A DNA stretch of 64,000 bases from Eledone cirrhosa. Its lineage: Eukaryota. Below are positions 63,288 through 64,000 of the stretch, in pieces (the first letter of the stretch is position 1; each line of letters starts with the position of its first letter). Position numbers and translations under genes: made by a program. The notes under the pieces are model-generated. The model was not told the DNA's origin. It made no database searches and saw only the letters and a list, made by a program, of their open reading frames with translations. The stretch is taken from contig OZ024749.1 in NCBI GenBank assembly GCA_964016885.1, positions 51,832,001 through 51,896,000 of the forward strand, written 5' to 3'.

Positions 63288-64000
63288 AAACATTTTGTTT
63301 GTTTTTTTGTGTGTATCTGACTCATATGAAACATAGACATTGCCGTATTGTATTCAGACATTCATATTTCTGTACAAATCCATTCTACATGGGTAAAAAT
63401 ATATTCATAAGATCTCATCATAGACATATACAAGAACATATCTTCTTCTTTTTCTTCTACTTCGTCCATTTATTCCTGGGAGGTTTGTTGGGGTAGAGTC
63501 CTCAAACATTCCTTCCATTAATTCTCTCTAACTTGTTGTTGTTAATGTCCATTTGAGTTTTGTTAAATTGGCACAACTAACAACACAGAACTTGAGAATT
63601 GACGCTTACGAATCATAGCTATGAAAGGATATCTTCTTATCTTATTTATCCACTTATTCCGGGGGGGAGGGGTTCGTGGGAGCTGAGCCTTCAAACACTC
63701 CTTCCTGCAGGTCCTGTCAGAAACCAGAAGCAACTGTTTCCAGTTGATCTGGTTGAATCCCCAAGTGAGACCAACCAAGCTCATGGATGTTATCCAACCA
63801 TCTTACTTACTCAGGGTCTATTCCTGGGTCTCTCGCCGGTTGGTTTTGCCCATAAAATCTGTCAGCTGACCCTTTCCTGATACATTCTAACCACATGTCC
63901 GTAATATCAGAGCTGTTATTTTATTGTTAAAGATCTTTGACCAACATTTACATCAATTTTAATTCTTTTAATACCAAACTGCCTGGAACTGTCCCGGATT

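Overview
Eukaryotic, AT-rich, microsatellite-saturated genomic DNA. Its SINE/LINE/Penelope-type repeat landscape and neuropeptide content point to a coleoid cephalopod, most likely an octopod (inference, not proven). Three spliced protein-coding genes were reconstructed by hand from GT-AG junctions and reading-frame continuity. (1) A + strand LASGLxamide neuropeptide precursor (2 coding exons, 29247-31305, 482 aa) carrying 26 copies of (Y/H)LDPLA(S/N)GL(I/L)-GKR. (2) A - strand SLC5 sodium:solute symporter of the SMCT/NIS/SMVT type (17 coding exons, 51712-33466, about 713 aa) with an unusual acidic His/Met-rich repeat tail. (3) A + strand gene (6 coding exons, 57556-63287, 340 aa) for a secreted, probably GPI-anchored protein fusing a CUB domain to a 10-Cys Ly6/uPAR (quiver/sleepless-like) three-finger domain, the most unusual protein here. 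The non-coding DNA holds minimal type-I hammerhead ribozyme motifs and long hairpins in (TA)n tracts (Penelope-like remnants), a decayed Tx1/L1-like LINE in (AGAT)n, RTE fragments, two SINE families, MITEs and three minisatellites, two of which visibly arose inside SINEs. Nearly all other ORFs in the supplied track are microsatellite artefacts.
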